Shown: positions 49,215-58,259 of the stretch, piece by piece
Layout: every line of letters begins with the position of its first letter
Position numbering within the stretch: position 1 is the stretch's first letter
Virus record (IMG/VR): IMGVR_UViG_3300030333_008459
Coordinates: 14,500-78,499 of that record
Length of the DNA stretch: 64,000 bases
Direction: 5' to 3' (one strand)
From: a virus
The notes under the pieces: model-generated
Database searches by the model: none
Told to the model about the DNA's origin: nothing
The model's input: the letters and a program-made list of their open reading frames with translations, nothing else
Position numbers and translations under genes: made by a program

Positions 49215-49457
49215 ATGCCCGACAATAAAAAAACAACTAAAAAAGCTGCTGCACCTAAAAAAGCACCTGCTAAAAAAGTTACCGCTGCTAAAGAAGAGCT
49301 TAAGCCAAAACCTAAAGCTGAAACTCCTAAAACACTAAGGGCGTTAAAAGATCAATATTTCGCAGCTATAGCGGCTAATCCAACTAAAAAGGATTCTATT
49401 CGCGCTAAATATAAAAAAGAAAGACTTGCTCTTAAGAAGTCTCTCAAAAAGCGTTAA
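49215..49457 (+). CDS. Highly basic histone-H1-like small protein
   Basis: KKTTKKAAAPKKAPAKK low-complexity N-terminus. Confidence 0.7.
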   Translation: MPDNKKTTKKAAAPKKAPAKKVTAAKEELKPKPKAETPKTLRALKDQYFAAIAANPTKKDSIRAKYKKERLALKKSLKKR

Positions 49458-49945
49458 TATCTAGTTACTTGATATCCTAGCCCACTGCCGTCTATTCCAC
49501 CTAACTGGCGTGGCTGTGCTTGATAGATGTTGTATTGTGCCGCCATTCGCGTCACCCTTTCCATGCAATCGCTTGCAAGTCCTCTGTAGACCTTAGAGAC
49601 CTCATTACGGTTAACAAACGTCACAGAGCTTTCTCCGTCCTTTAATGACAAAATATTATCTCCACTTACGTTTGAGCTAACAATACCACGCAAAGCATTG
49701 CGAGCTTCCTTGTTGTAATAGTTGCTCATATAAAGCTCTTTTAGAACATTTTGAGCTTCAGTATCCATCGCTCCGTATGTCCCAGTAGCGCTTGCCCCAC
49801 CAAAATCTGTATAAAGATAAGTGTTAACTTGGCCGAGATTTTCAAACAACCAACCACTCACCGCGCTAACACTAGCAATCCCTGTGTCACTATCAAATTC
49901 AGTGACTACAATTCCCGAAGCAAGATCTTCTAATACGTTAGGCAT
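49454..49945 (-). CDS. Putative head-tail adaptor
   Basis: 163 aa downstream of the capsid gene; helices followed by SLKDGESSVTF hairpin, as in gp15/gp6-type adaptors. Confidence 0.55.
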   Translation of the reverse strand: MPNVLEDLASGIVVTEFDSDTGIASVSAVSGWLFENLGQVNTYLYTDFGGASATGTYGAMDTEAQNVLKELYMSNYYNKEARNALRGIVSSNVSGDNILSLKDGESSVTFVNRNEVSKVYRGLASDCMERVTRMAAQYNIYQAQPRQLGGIDGSGLGYQVTRY

Positions 49946-49964
49946 GTAATATATTACACAAGCT

Positions 49965-50414
49965 TTAGCCGTTTAACCAATCAAGAATACTCTTATGTTC
50001 TGGATTGTCAGGATCTAGTTCTATGGCTGGAACAGGTTGAGGAGCAGTAAAGATATTAGATCTGCTTTGCATAGCGCGAAACTCTTTCAGTATATTTTCT
50101 ACAACAACATGCTTTTCATAAAAGGGGTTAATCCCTACTTTTTTGGAAAACTCTTGTAAGTCTGCCTTACTCATTTTTTTGAGCTTTTCTTTTAGTATAT
50201 TTATATCATTAGTCCCAAAAGAATTTGTTTCTCCAACTCCATATAAAACTTCCACTTGTTCTAAAAGATCAAGATAACGAGCGGAACTGGTTTCTCCTTT
50301 GTTTCTCAGCTCTTCTAATTCCTCTAACAAGCCATTTTTCTTAGGTTGCTCCTGCCCAGTAGTAACCTCCTTGTAAGGAGCTTGTTTCTTTTTAGCTGTT
50401 TTCTTTTTTGGCAT
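49965..50414 (-). CDS. Hypothetical protein, basic N-terminus, possible HeH-like motif
   Basis: LKKMSKADLQEFSKKVGI. Confidence 0.65.
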   Translation of the reverse strand: MPKKKTAKKKQAPYKEVTTGQEQPKKNGLLEELEELRNKGETSSARYLDLLEQVEVLYGVGETNSFGTNDINILKEKLKKMSKADLQEFSKKVGINPFYEKHVVVENILKEFRAMQSRSNIFTAPQPVPAIELDPDNPEHKSILDWLNG

Positions 50415-50446
50415 ACACTATTATATACACGTAATTAATAAATTAC

Positions 50447-50482
50447 AAAAAAAAAGACCGCCCCCGCAGGGACGGCCTTTTT
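50447..50482 (-). terminator. Rho-independent terminator after the major capsid gene
   Basis: Minus strand GGCCGTCCC-TGCG-GGGGCGGTC followed by T9. Confidence 0.88.
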
Positions 50483-50497
50483 ATAGAAGGTTAGCTA

Positions 50498-51649
50498 TTA
50501 TCGGTCAATAGCGACTCCAACCAGAACGCGATTATCAAGAACCACACGACCCTCTTCGATAGATCCGAAGTAGCCGATCTTATTCTGACGAATGCTATAT
50601 TGATCGTCAGCAAGCAGATTCATTTCGCTTCCGCTTTCGCTATCCGTAGCAACGGCGCGAATGAGGGAATCGCGGCTGCGATCCACACCCACCACGATCT
50701 CGTCAGTAGCGGCGAAAGTAACAGCAGCGCTAGTAGTTAACGAATTGTAAGTGGCACCACCAGCAGCAGTGTTAAACAGATCATTAAACTTCTGACCAGC
50801 ACCCATCTCGTTGTATTCCAAGATGTTAAGGCCCATGAAGCTGTTCATACCAACGTTGCGGTAAAGCTCTTCACGCACAGATTCAGGAGCAGCAATAGGC
50901 TGCTCACCAGCACCGAGAGCACTACCGTCAACATCTAAGGTATTGACAGAGTTATAAGCCATAGAGCGAATGTCGCCCACAACCTCAGGAGAACAAATAA
51001 GATCTGTAATCCCGCGAGTCCTAGTGGTAGGAGTCCCGCCGATCCACGAAGAGTTAATACGCTTCGCGAGGGTAAAGAGATCATTCACATCTGCCATCAA
51101 AAACTTACCGTCAACAGCGTTAGCGATAATGTGAGAATCGGCAGTAGCAGTTGAAGACTTAGTGCTAGCTCCAGCCAGAGAAGTCATAAGCAGTGTAGCG
51201 GAAGTCCGCTCCTGCTTAAGAAGCACCTCTTGAGCAAGGCGAGTGAAAGTCTTGCTGACCACATCCATGCGGCTCTTGGCAGCATAACGGCGATCAAAGT
51301 CAACAGCACCATCAAGGCTGTAAGTAGCCAGCTTCAGTTCAGAAGCGGTAGGCAGCACTTGGTTGCTTGGAAGACCACCTGCGTGACTCTGACTCCAAAT
51401 CCTGACGTAATCTTCGTCAGCGATATCGTAGTAGAGATCAAGAGGGATACTTGGGTTGTCATCGGCATCAAATTGAAGCGATTGGAAAAGATTGCTTACG
51501 GTAGGAGCATTGTTGAGAACTTCGGCCAAAACTGGTCCGATAAACTCAGCAAGAGCTACCTGTGCCTCGTAAGCAACAGTGCGGTTCCTAGAAGCCATAG
51601 CTTTGACAAGCTCGACTTGTTCAGGGGTTCTTTTTAAAGTGATTTTCAT
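50498..51649 (-). CDS. Major capsid protein (probable HK97 fold)
   Basis: 383 aa, after protease/scaffold and decoration genes, before a strong terminator; C-terminal IGYFGSIEEGRVVLD. Confidence 0.85.
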   Translation of the reverse strand: MKITLKRTPEQVELVKAMASRNRTVAYEAQVALAEFIGPVLAEVLNNAPTVSNLFQSLQFDADDNPSIPLDLYYDIADEDYVRIWSQSHAGGLPSNQVLPTASELKLATYSLDGAVDFDRRYAAKSRMDVVSKTFTRLAQEVLLKQERTSATLLMTSLAGASTKSSTATADSHIIANAVDGKFLMADVNDLFTLAKRINSSWIGGTPTTRTRGITDLICSPEVVGDIRSMAYNSVNTLDVDGSALGAGEQPIAAPESVREELYRNVGMNSFMGLNILEYNEMGAGQKFNDLFNTAAGGATYNSLTTSAAVTFAATDEIVVGVDRSRDSLIRAVATDSESGSEMNLLADDQYSIRQNKIGYFGSIEEGRVVLDNRVLVGVAIDR

Positions 51650-51670
51650 TGTTAAAAGTCCTTTCTATAA

Positions 51671-52309
51671 TTAGCGGTTACAATCAAACGATACGACAAG
51701 ATAATCACCAGAGAACTGATCGGTGGTGTTTCCTACATTTCCACGGTGTCCCGTTCCAAGAACGTGGCCGAAAACGTGGATTCCATCAGATCGGAGAGCG
51801 CCTGTGATCTTACCAGCATTAAGCAGGGAAGTCCGAATACCTCTTCCTGGGGTGTAGTCAGCTACATTCCCGTCGAAAGCGGCTTGAGCCAAGGTAAAGA
51901 TACCTTTGGTTGCCACAGGTGTAGCTTGTCCTGGGAGGATAGCTTGGGCTTCCAATTGCTTTTCTGGATTGTAGAGCAGCTTTTGGCCATTCTCATCGTT
52001 TTTAGCGGTTTGGAAAAGAGTAAGACCGAGCGGAATTTCACCCGAGGTCGAACCTGTGATTGTTAAATTAACTTGTGGATACATTTCCGCAGTGCCAAGG
52101 AAGGGATAGTCTCTCTTACCGAGATAACTATTATCCTGATAGGTAATAGGATCTGCATCGAAGTTACCAGCAGATACCTTGACAAACATGCCAGCGTCTC
52201 CGCGACCTGAGTCAATGGTATTATCGTTAACGTCATAGTCATCTACGGCGTAGAGGTTAACGACATCGTGATCAGAGTATTGTCTGAATGGTAGAATTCG
52301 TAAAGCCAT
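51671..52309 (-). CDS. Putative capsid decoration/minor head protein
   Basis: Gly-rich beta protein between scaffold and capsid genes. Confidence 0.6.
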   Translation of the reverse strand: MALRILPFRQYSDHDVVNLYAVDDYDVNDNTIDSGRGDAGMFVKVSAGNFDADPITYQDNSYLGKRDYPFLGTAEMYPQVNLTITGSTSGEIPLGLTLFQTAKNDENGQKLLYNPEKQLEAQAILPGQATPVATKGIFTLAQAAFDGNVADYTPGRGIRTSLLNAGKITGALRSDGIHVFGHVLGTGHRGNVGNTTDQFSGDYLVVSFDCNR

Positions 52310-52328
52310 TTTTTTTAGTGGTTAAATG

Positions 52329-53819
52329 TTAAGAAATTTCAATATTATCGCGGGAAAAAGCGTTTTTGAACTTATCACGAAGAGACACCTCATCGCTCGC
52401 AACAGCTTCATTAGCGTTGGAGATACCAGCATCAGTAGCTTCGGCACTGTCAAGAGCTTCTTCTATCTCAACTTCTTCTTCAGAAGCAGTAGAAACCCTT
52501 TTGGCTACCTCCGCATCAATCCTAGCTTGGATTTCAGCATCAAATTCAGCTTGCACTTCCTTGTTCTTGTGCTTCCACAAGACTTCAAGTTTAGAAGCAA
52601 AAGCTTGATAAGAATCAACGTCATCAAGACTCTTCAGTTCAGTCGCAAGAAATTCGCGATCTTGGTCATCCAATTCAAATTTGGCATCCAAATCATCCAT
52701 GCGCTCATTAAAAGCAGCAACAGCTTCTTCAGCCTTCTTTTCTTTTTCAAAAACCAAAATACGCTCATTAGCAGCATTAAGCTTTTCTTCCAACTCAGAA
52801 ACAGAGGATTTCAACTCCTCATATTCCTTGGTTACACCTTCCTTGGCTGCTTTTTGCGCTTCGATATCTTTACGGTATTGTTCATCCCGCTGTCGGATAG
52901 CATCGGCAAAAGTATCAGTCATCGAGGCGACTGCTTCTTTAGAGAATTTCTTCTCAGAAAGAAGTTCTTTGAGTTCATTCAGAGTCTTTTCCATTTCCAT
53001 GTCGATAAAGTTCTTTTCGTTGTTTACATTTAAATTATTATTTTGTGAAATTTTATCCCTCTTATCGTTTATAAAAACTTTATTTTTATCAGCTATTTCT
53101 CCATATAAACCTTTGACTTGAGCAGCTGGATTTAAAGTATAAGCAATACCTAAAGGGTATATATCTCCCATGATTAACCTACCTATTGTTTCTCCTTTGT
53201 CTGTTTTACCGTTACCCCCAAAACTTCTTAAAAAGCCTTGTAATTCACGTATTTCATCGGGATCTGATATAATTCTAGCCTCACTCAAAACATCGCTGCC
53301 CACAGCTAAAACATAGCTATTAAAACCAACTTCCCAACTAGCAGAAACTTTTTGATAGGAACCATCTTCGGGGTCTAAAGATTTCTCTACTAAAGAAGTA
53401 AAATTTGGATTAACTGATTTATAGACAACTGCTCCCAATGCAATATTGAATGGTTCTTTTTTGGTTTTTACATCGTTTTCAGATAATAAACGATTAGATT
53501 CAAATTCGCTATAACCAGCAGAAGCAATATGACCCACAATTTTTTGCTTGTCATGTTCTATGTTTGTGGGTTTATGTATAAAATTATTTGTATATTTAAC
53601 AGCAGTAGACGTATCCATCCCGTCTCCATTTTTATTAAATTTGTTTACAACAGCTGCATTAAAAGCCACTCCAAGTAAATCAACATTGCTATCATAATCA
53701 ATATCCTTTGGCACTAAAGGAGCCAAAGAATCTAAAGAAGCTTGAGAAATCAAAGAGGACTCGTTAATCTCACAAGCCAAAAGCGGACACTCAAAAGTAG
53801 TGGTATATTTATATTCCAT
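52329..53819 (-). CDS. Prohead protease-scaffold fusion
   Basis: NKNGD, PTNIEH, IVGHI, SASWE, PAA protease-like N-half; acidic coiled-coil C-half. Confidence 0.8.
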   Translation of the reverse strand: MEYKYTTTFECPLLACEINESSLISQASLDSLAPLVPKDIDYDSNVDLLGVAFNAAVVNKFNKNGDGMDTSTAVKYTNNFIHKPTNIEHDKQKIVGHIASAGYSEFESNRLLSENDVKTKKEPFNIALGAVVYKSVNPNFTSLVEKSLDPEDGSYQKVSASWEVGFNSYVLAVGSDVLSEARIISDPDEIRELQGFLRSFGGNGKTDKGETIGRLIMGDIYPLGIAYTLNPAAQVKGLYGEIADKNKVFINDKRDKISQNNNLNVNNEKNFIDMEMEKTLNELKELLSEKKFSKEAVASMTDTFADAIRQRDEQYRKDIEAQKAAKEGVTKEYEELKSSVSELEEKLNAANERILVFEKEKKAEEAVAAFNERMDDLDAKFELDDQDREFLATELKSLDDVDSYQAFASKLEVLWKHKNKEVQAEFDAEIQARIDAEVAKRVSTASEEEVEIEEALDSAEATDAGISNANEAVASDEVSLRDKFKNAFSRDNIEIS

Positions 53820-54034
53820 TATTTTTTCTCCATCCAGCTTTTAGGCAGAGCGCTTTCTGCGCCTATTTTTTTGGCTCTTCTTATAAGTTTACTTTTAAAC
53901 TCCTCAAAACTCATCGACCCTTCATAACGCCCCCAACTGCTAACAGCGTTTTTGACATCTCTTGCCGACAAGACTGGGAAAGACCTTCTTTTGGGATCAA
54001 GGAAGTCACTGTCCTTTAGTTCACTTCTTTTTTT
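53819..54034 (-). CDS. Start-less 71-codon frame (DUF6582-like), probable -1 frameshift extension of 54016-54387
   Basis: KKRSELKDSDFLDPKRRSFPV...LIRRAKKIGAESALPKSW; its TAA overlaps the protease ATG (TAATG); bounded upstream by an in-frame TAA at the A9 run. Confidence 0.75.
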   Translation of the reverse strand, partial: KKRSELKDSDFLDPKRRSFPVLSARDVKNAVSSWGRYEGSMSFEEFKSKLIRRAKKIGAESALPKSWMEKK

Positions 54035-54387
54035 TTACCAAACCTCTCGGCAGCAATATCCATGAGCATTTGAGCGTAGCTTTTCTTAGGCTTGATTTTT
54101 TCGCCTTCCATCTTTTTCTTGGAGTCCTTGTCGAACTTCATATCTTTTTTCAAAGCCTTTTTCTCTGCGTCTTTTTTCTCTGAAGGAGCACCCTTATCTA
54201 GTTTTTTAATCTTGCTCTTATCATCCTTGATGGCATCCTTTTCATGCTCGACTTTCTCTTTTTTAGTGTCGCGCTTGAGTTCTTTCTTGTCAATTTTGTC
54301 AAATTGCTGTTTTGTCATCGCTGCTTCAATTTGCTCGGCAGAAATTGAAACTTCGATTTCACTTGGTTTAAAGTTATTGTTTTTCAT
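54016..54387 (-). CDS. Lys/Asp/Glu-rich head-module protein
   Basis: 123 aa, highly charged, overlaps the portal end; ends just past an A9 run. Confidence 0.75.
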   Translation of the reverse strand: MKNNNFKPSEIEVSISAEQIEAAMTKQQFDKIDKKELKRDTKKEKVEHEKDAIKDDKSKIKKLDKGAPSEKKDAEKKALKKDMKFDKDSKKKMEGEKIKPKKSYAQMLMDIAAERFGKKKEVN

Positions 54388-56344
54388 GGCTGTGGTATAA
54401 AATTGCTGCTGGGTATGTTTCTAAGCTATGTGTAGCTGAAATATCTAAAACCTCTTTCAAAGGATTAAGACTTTCTATTTCATTAAAATCCTTTACACAA
54501 GATTCTAAGGTTTCTCCCCAATATTCTTTGGGTTGAGAGCAAACAATAGATTCACATAAAGCGTTTACCATATCAGTTTGTTCATCAGACAACTCTTTTA
54601 CTTTGAGTTTTTTAACCATATTAGCTTTCGCTTCGTGAATTAAATTGTCTATATCATAGATGGTCTTTTGAATGCTTGATCTAGAATATTGTGCGTTCGC
54701 AATGGGAATATCAGTTGTTCCCTCTGGTCTGCCAGCCTCTTTACGAGGGCCAGTTCCTTTACCACCAGCAGGAGCAATAACAGGAACTCCTCCGACTATC
54801 GGGTTGTAATATCCCTGTTCACGCTCTTCTAGGAAATCTTTTTGGGCATCATTAAGCTCATCTGGCTCTGGGAATCTTCCATTATGGAACATTTCCATTC
54901 CCTGCTTGGGAGTGATAATTCCCAACTCCATAAGCCTAGTAGAAGCTCTCATAAGCTGAACCTCATCTCTCATGTCAATATCTTTCATCTTAGCTTCAGG
55001 CCACGATCTAAAACCAAGGTCTTTTGCTATCCTTTTAATCTCTCTGTTTAGAAAATCATTTAAAAACCCATAACGAGATTCTTGTAAACGATCAATAAAG
55101 ATTTGAGCTTTAACTTGAGTAGAGTTAAATTTCTCTTCTCCTACTACAATGTTTTGTAAGCCTTGTTTTATGTCTTCATTAAGTATTTGATACTTTTCAG
55201 GTCCGAGAACTAAGTTTAATTCAGGAATAATAAATTCAGCTTTAGTGGTGTAATCGGAAACTAAAACCCTACCCACACTCTCGTTTTTGAAAAGGTTTTG
55301 CATAGCCGCCATGTTATTAGGGTTAACACCTCCTTTTTCTGGATCAGCCCCCATAGTGATAAGCAAAATTACATTTTCCACGGTTCTTGTAATAGCTTGA
55401 TCCATTTTCTTAAGTTCTAACTTGGCATTAATATCTTCTAAAACGGGGAACCCAAAAGGAATAGCAAATGGTTCGTAATCTTGTTTTTTATAAAAAGAAT
55501 AAGAGAGCTTGGTAGGATCTAAATCCATAGTTAATCCTCTACGGGAATATGATCCATCTTTAATTCTTTTTTGTATCTGTGGGTCTAGACCCTCAAAAAT
55601 AGCTAAGTCTTCCTCTGTTTGAGGGCTAGCAAGGCGAGCTATTTCATAATCGGATAAAACTTTTTGATAAGCTCCTGAGTAAGTGAAAGTCGTAGCTCTT
55701 TTAGCGACTACATCAAAGGGATTTAGTAAAACATACCTAAGTGGTATTTTGTTAATAGAAGAATTAATAGAGCCAACTTGATTAATTAATCGTGCATAAT
55801 CTTGCGTTTTAAACTTACCGTCTATTCTATAAAGAAAGACATTTCCACTGCGGTAATACTCCCGAAAATATTGATCTTTAAGAGAAATTATATTTACCCT
55901 TTTAAACCATTCATAAAAAAACTCTCTACTTTTTCTGGTTCCTCCCTCTAGATAAATATCTGTGTTGGTGAACTCAGACATTATGTCTACAGCATTCCTA
56001 AAAACAGACACGTTAGCATAAGCTTTTTGGCACAACTCTATCGCATCTCTAGCTGTAACTCCATCCGAAGCATATTGATATGGGAGCATACCAACACGGA
56101 TGCTCGAAAATCTGTCAATAGGATTGCGATATGCTACCCTATTAGTTCGTGTCGAAGTAAAAGTGCTACTACTAGCTTCTTGCCTTCTGGCTTGTGATAT
56201 ATCTCCGTAAGAAGCGTCTGAAGTATAAAAAGGCTCTCCTAAAAATTCTGGCTCAACCGAGTCATTAGGTGGCAAAGAAGGGTGGTCTTTAGCTTCGAAC
56301 TTTTTCCAATACTCAGCACGTTTTGTGTATTTTCTTTTAGACAT
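54374..56344 (-). CDS. Portal protein
   Basis: 656 aa right after terL; FRNAVDIMSEF, YYRSGNVF, YEPFAIP, GRP near the C-terminus. Confidence 0.85.
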   Translation of the reverse strand: MSKRKYTKRAEYWKKFEAKDHPSLPPNDSVEPEFLGEPFYTSDASYGDISQARRQEASSSTFTSTRTNRVAYRNPIDRFSSIRVGMLPYQYASDGVTARDAIELCQKAYANVSVFRNAVDIMSEFTNTDIYLEGGTRKSREFFYEWFKRVNIISLKDQYFREYYRSGNVFLYRIDGKFKTQDYARLINQVGSINSSINKIPLRYVLLNPFDVVAKRATTFTYSGAYQKVLSDYEIARLASPQTEEDLAIFEGLDPQIQKRIKDGSYSRRGLTMDLDPTKLSYSFYKKQDYEPFAIPFGFPVLEDINAKLELKKMDQAITRTVENVILLITMGADPEKGGVNPNNMAAMQNLFKNESVGRVLVSDYTTKAEFIIPELNLVLGPEKYQILNEDIKQGLQNIVVGEEKFNSTQVKAQIFIDRLQESRYGFLNDFLNREIKRIAKDLGFRSWPEAKMKDIDMRDEVQLMRASTRLMELGIITPKQGMEMFHNGRFPEPDELNDAQKDFLEEREQGYYNPIVGGVPVIAPAGGKGTGPRKEAGRPEGTTDIPIANAQYSRSSIQKTIYDIDNLIHEAKANMVKKLKVKELSDEQTDMVNALCESIVCSQPKEYWGETLESCVKDFNEIESLNPLKEVLDISATHSLETYPAAILYHSHEKQ

Positions 56345-56393
56345 GGGATGTATTCCATATTACACCCCAAAGTTAACTTTCAACTTTTAAAAG

Positions 56394-58259
56394 TTAAGAA
56401 ATGAACATTGGAGTAAAAGTAGTTTGAATATTCCCGATATCCTCTGATTGCATATCATAAAAAACATTCATCATCCAATTACCTAAAACCAAAGCAGAAT
56501 AAGAGTCTTTCCTAGCCTTGTCCGCACCTTTTTGTTTTCTTAGACTAGGGGGTAAGTCGAAACTTTGAGTCCCTTGAACAGATGTGGTAATTTGTATAAG
56601 AGCACATTGGACCTTAATTAAATCCATCATATCTTTTTGATGCTCTACAAAATCAATCATTCTAGCTCCCGCACCACCTTTTTCATTTGGGTCATTTCTT
56701 AAAAACTTTAAATCTTTAATCGGCACTCTGGACTTTCGCTGAATGTTGTAATCGTCATTCATAGCGGCTCCCGCAAAAAAGATTTTCTTATGATCAAACG
56801 CAGATTGCAAAGATTCATTTGCCACCCTAATCCAAGCCGATGTGGGCTTCCTTAGAAAAACAATATTCTTTTGATTTAAATTATATTGATTTTTAAGTTT
56901 GCGGAGATTTTTTTCATAATCTTGAGCTTTATCTAGCTCTGCTTCGATTACGCCTAATTTAAGATTCCGCTTTTTAAATATATCGCTCTCATTGCAAGAG
57001 TTGACAAATTGCACTCCACCATTATAGTCACCCACAACTGCTACCACATTAAAATGAGTTAACACATAAGCTATGTATTTTATATGTGTTTTTAAGCTAG
57101 CTCCAGACAAAGCATAGCTATGAATGACCGTTCCTTTCCTAGTGTCCCTATTGAGCTTTATAAGAAGCATAGCAAAATCATCAGAACTTTCGCTTTCAGA
57201 CCACGAAGGGTCAAAAGCTAGAATATATTCGTCCTTGGGATTACCAACAACTTCGACACACTGCCCCTCCCCATCTGGGATTGTGCAAGCAGCCATTTTG
57301 CTCACTTTAAAGTAACCAGAGCTATCATCTGTAAATATAGCGCCGAACTCTCTTTCAAATTGAGATTCACTCATTGTAGCTTTAGATTGGCTTATTAAGT
57401 TTTGATCGTAAAGCTGATCGGGAGCGCAGTCATAACTAAAATGCATTATTGTTCTGTGTGCTCCATCTTGTTTATTTTCGTTTAAAATTAAATTCTCATA
57501 TTGTTGATATATCTTATACAAATACTCAAACTTGTAAGAAGCTGAAGATAAACCAATAATTTTATTGTTGGGCCATCTTTTCCTCTCCGTTTCTTTCATT
57601 TGCCCCTTTTCAATCATCAGAGTTTCTAGGTCATAAATTTCTTGTCTTTCAGTGGGGTTTTCTACGACCGAGAGGAAAGGAATGATAACCTCGTTGTAAA
57701 TCTTCTCTGGCATCAATAATAACTCATCAATGATCATACGTTGAAAACGAAAACCCCTTAGCTTCTCGCCATCACCTAGAGGAAGGGCGCGAATACTACT
57801 TTGACCTATTTCCATGATCCATTCATCATTCATCTTAGAAACCCTAGTGATACACTGAGAAAAAAATGTAGCTTTAGGGCTTTTTGAAATATCTTCGATT
57901 TTTTTAAATATCATCTTTGACTGCCTAAAAGACTTAGACAGAATGCCTATCTGCACACCTTGATTCAGGATAGCATCTAGAAGCGCGAAAATGCCCGTAG
58001 AGAAGCTTTTAGACATTCCCCGACTCCATATGCCTAAAAAGTAGTCAGAGTCCATCATGGCCTTAATAGCCATATGCTGGAACGGGAATAATTTTACACC
58101 CGTAAATAATTCACAAGCAAACGAAGGGTTTTCTTTTAGAAATTTGTAAAGCAGTAACTTTGCCTCATTTTCCTCTAAATACCCCTCGGTGCTTAGAATT
58201 TTTTGGTTTATATCCTTGAACTCTCTGTGGAGTTTTTGTTGTCCTTTTTGCCAAGCCAT
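56394..58259 (-). CDS. terL: Terminase large subunit
   Basis: LFPFQ, SRGMSKS (Walker A), LRG, IIDE (Walker B), SSA, nuclease AFDPS and KDSYSA. Confidence 0.93.
   Translation of the reverse strand: MAWQKGQQKLHREFKDINQKILSTEGYLEENEAKLLLYKFLKENPSFACELFTGVKLFPFQHMAIKAMMDSDYFLGIWSRGMSKSFSTGIFALLDAILNQGVQIGILSKSFRQSKMIFKKIEDISKSPKATFFSQCITRVSKMNDEWIMEIGQSSIRALPLGDGEKLRGFRFQRMIIDELLLMPEKIYNEVIIPFLSVVENPTERQEIYDLETLMIEKGQMKETERKRWPNNKIIGLSSASYKFEYLYKIYQQYENLILNENKQDGAHRTIMHFSYDCAPDQLYDQNLISQSKATMSESQFEREFGAIFTDDSSGYFKVSKMAACTIPDGEGQCVEVVGNPKDEYILAFDPSWSESESSDDFAMLLIKLNRDTRKGTVIHSYALSGASLKTHIKYIAYVLTHFNVVAVVGDYNGGVQFVNSCNESDIFKKRNLKLGVIEAELDKAQDYEKNLRKLKNQYNLNQKNIVFLRKPTSAWIRVANESLQSAFDHKKIFFAGAAMNDDYNIQRKSRVPIKDLKFLRNDPNEKGGAGARMIDFVEHQKDMMDLIKVQCALIQITTSVQGTQSFDLPPSLRKQKGADKARKDSYSALVLGNWMMNVFYDMQSEDIGNIQTTFTPMFIS

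Noticed and set aside
33761-49457. Contractile tail (sheath/baseplate wedge)
   Set aside because: No sheath-sized or baseplate-J-like protein is recognisable in this window; it cannot be excluded elsewhere in the genome.
51230-54400. Plus-strand ORFs opposite capsid/scaffold genes (51230, 51746, 52326, 52681, 53962, 54092)
   Set aside because: Antisense shadows of biased-codon structural genes.
2014-58259. Inteins or introns in dnaE, dnaB, recA, nrdA or terL
   Set aside because: Lengths are normal or compact, and no C/S...HN splice motifs or LAGLIDADG inserts are seen.
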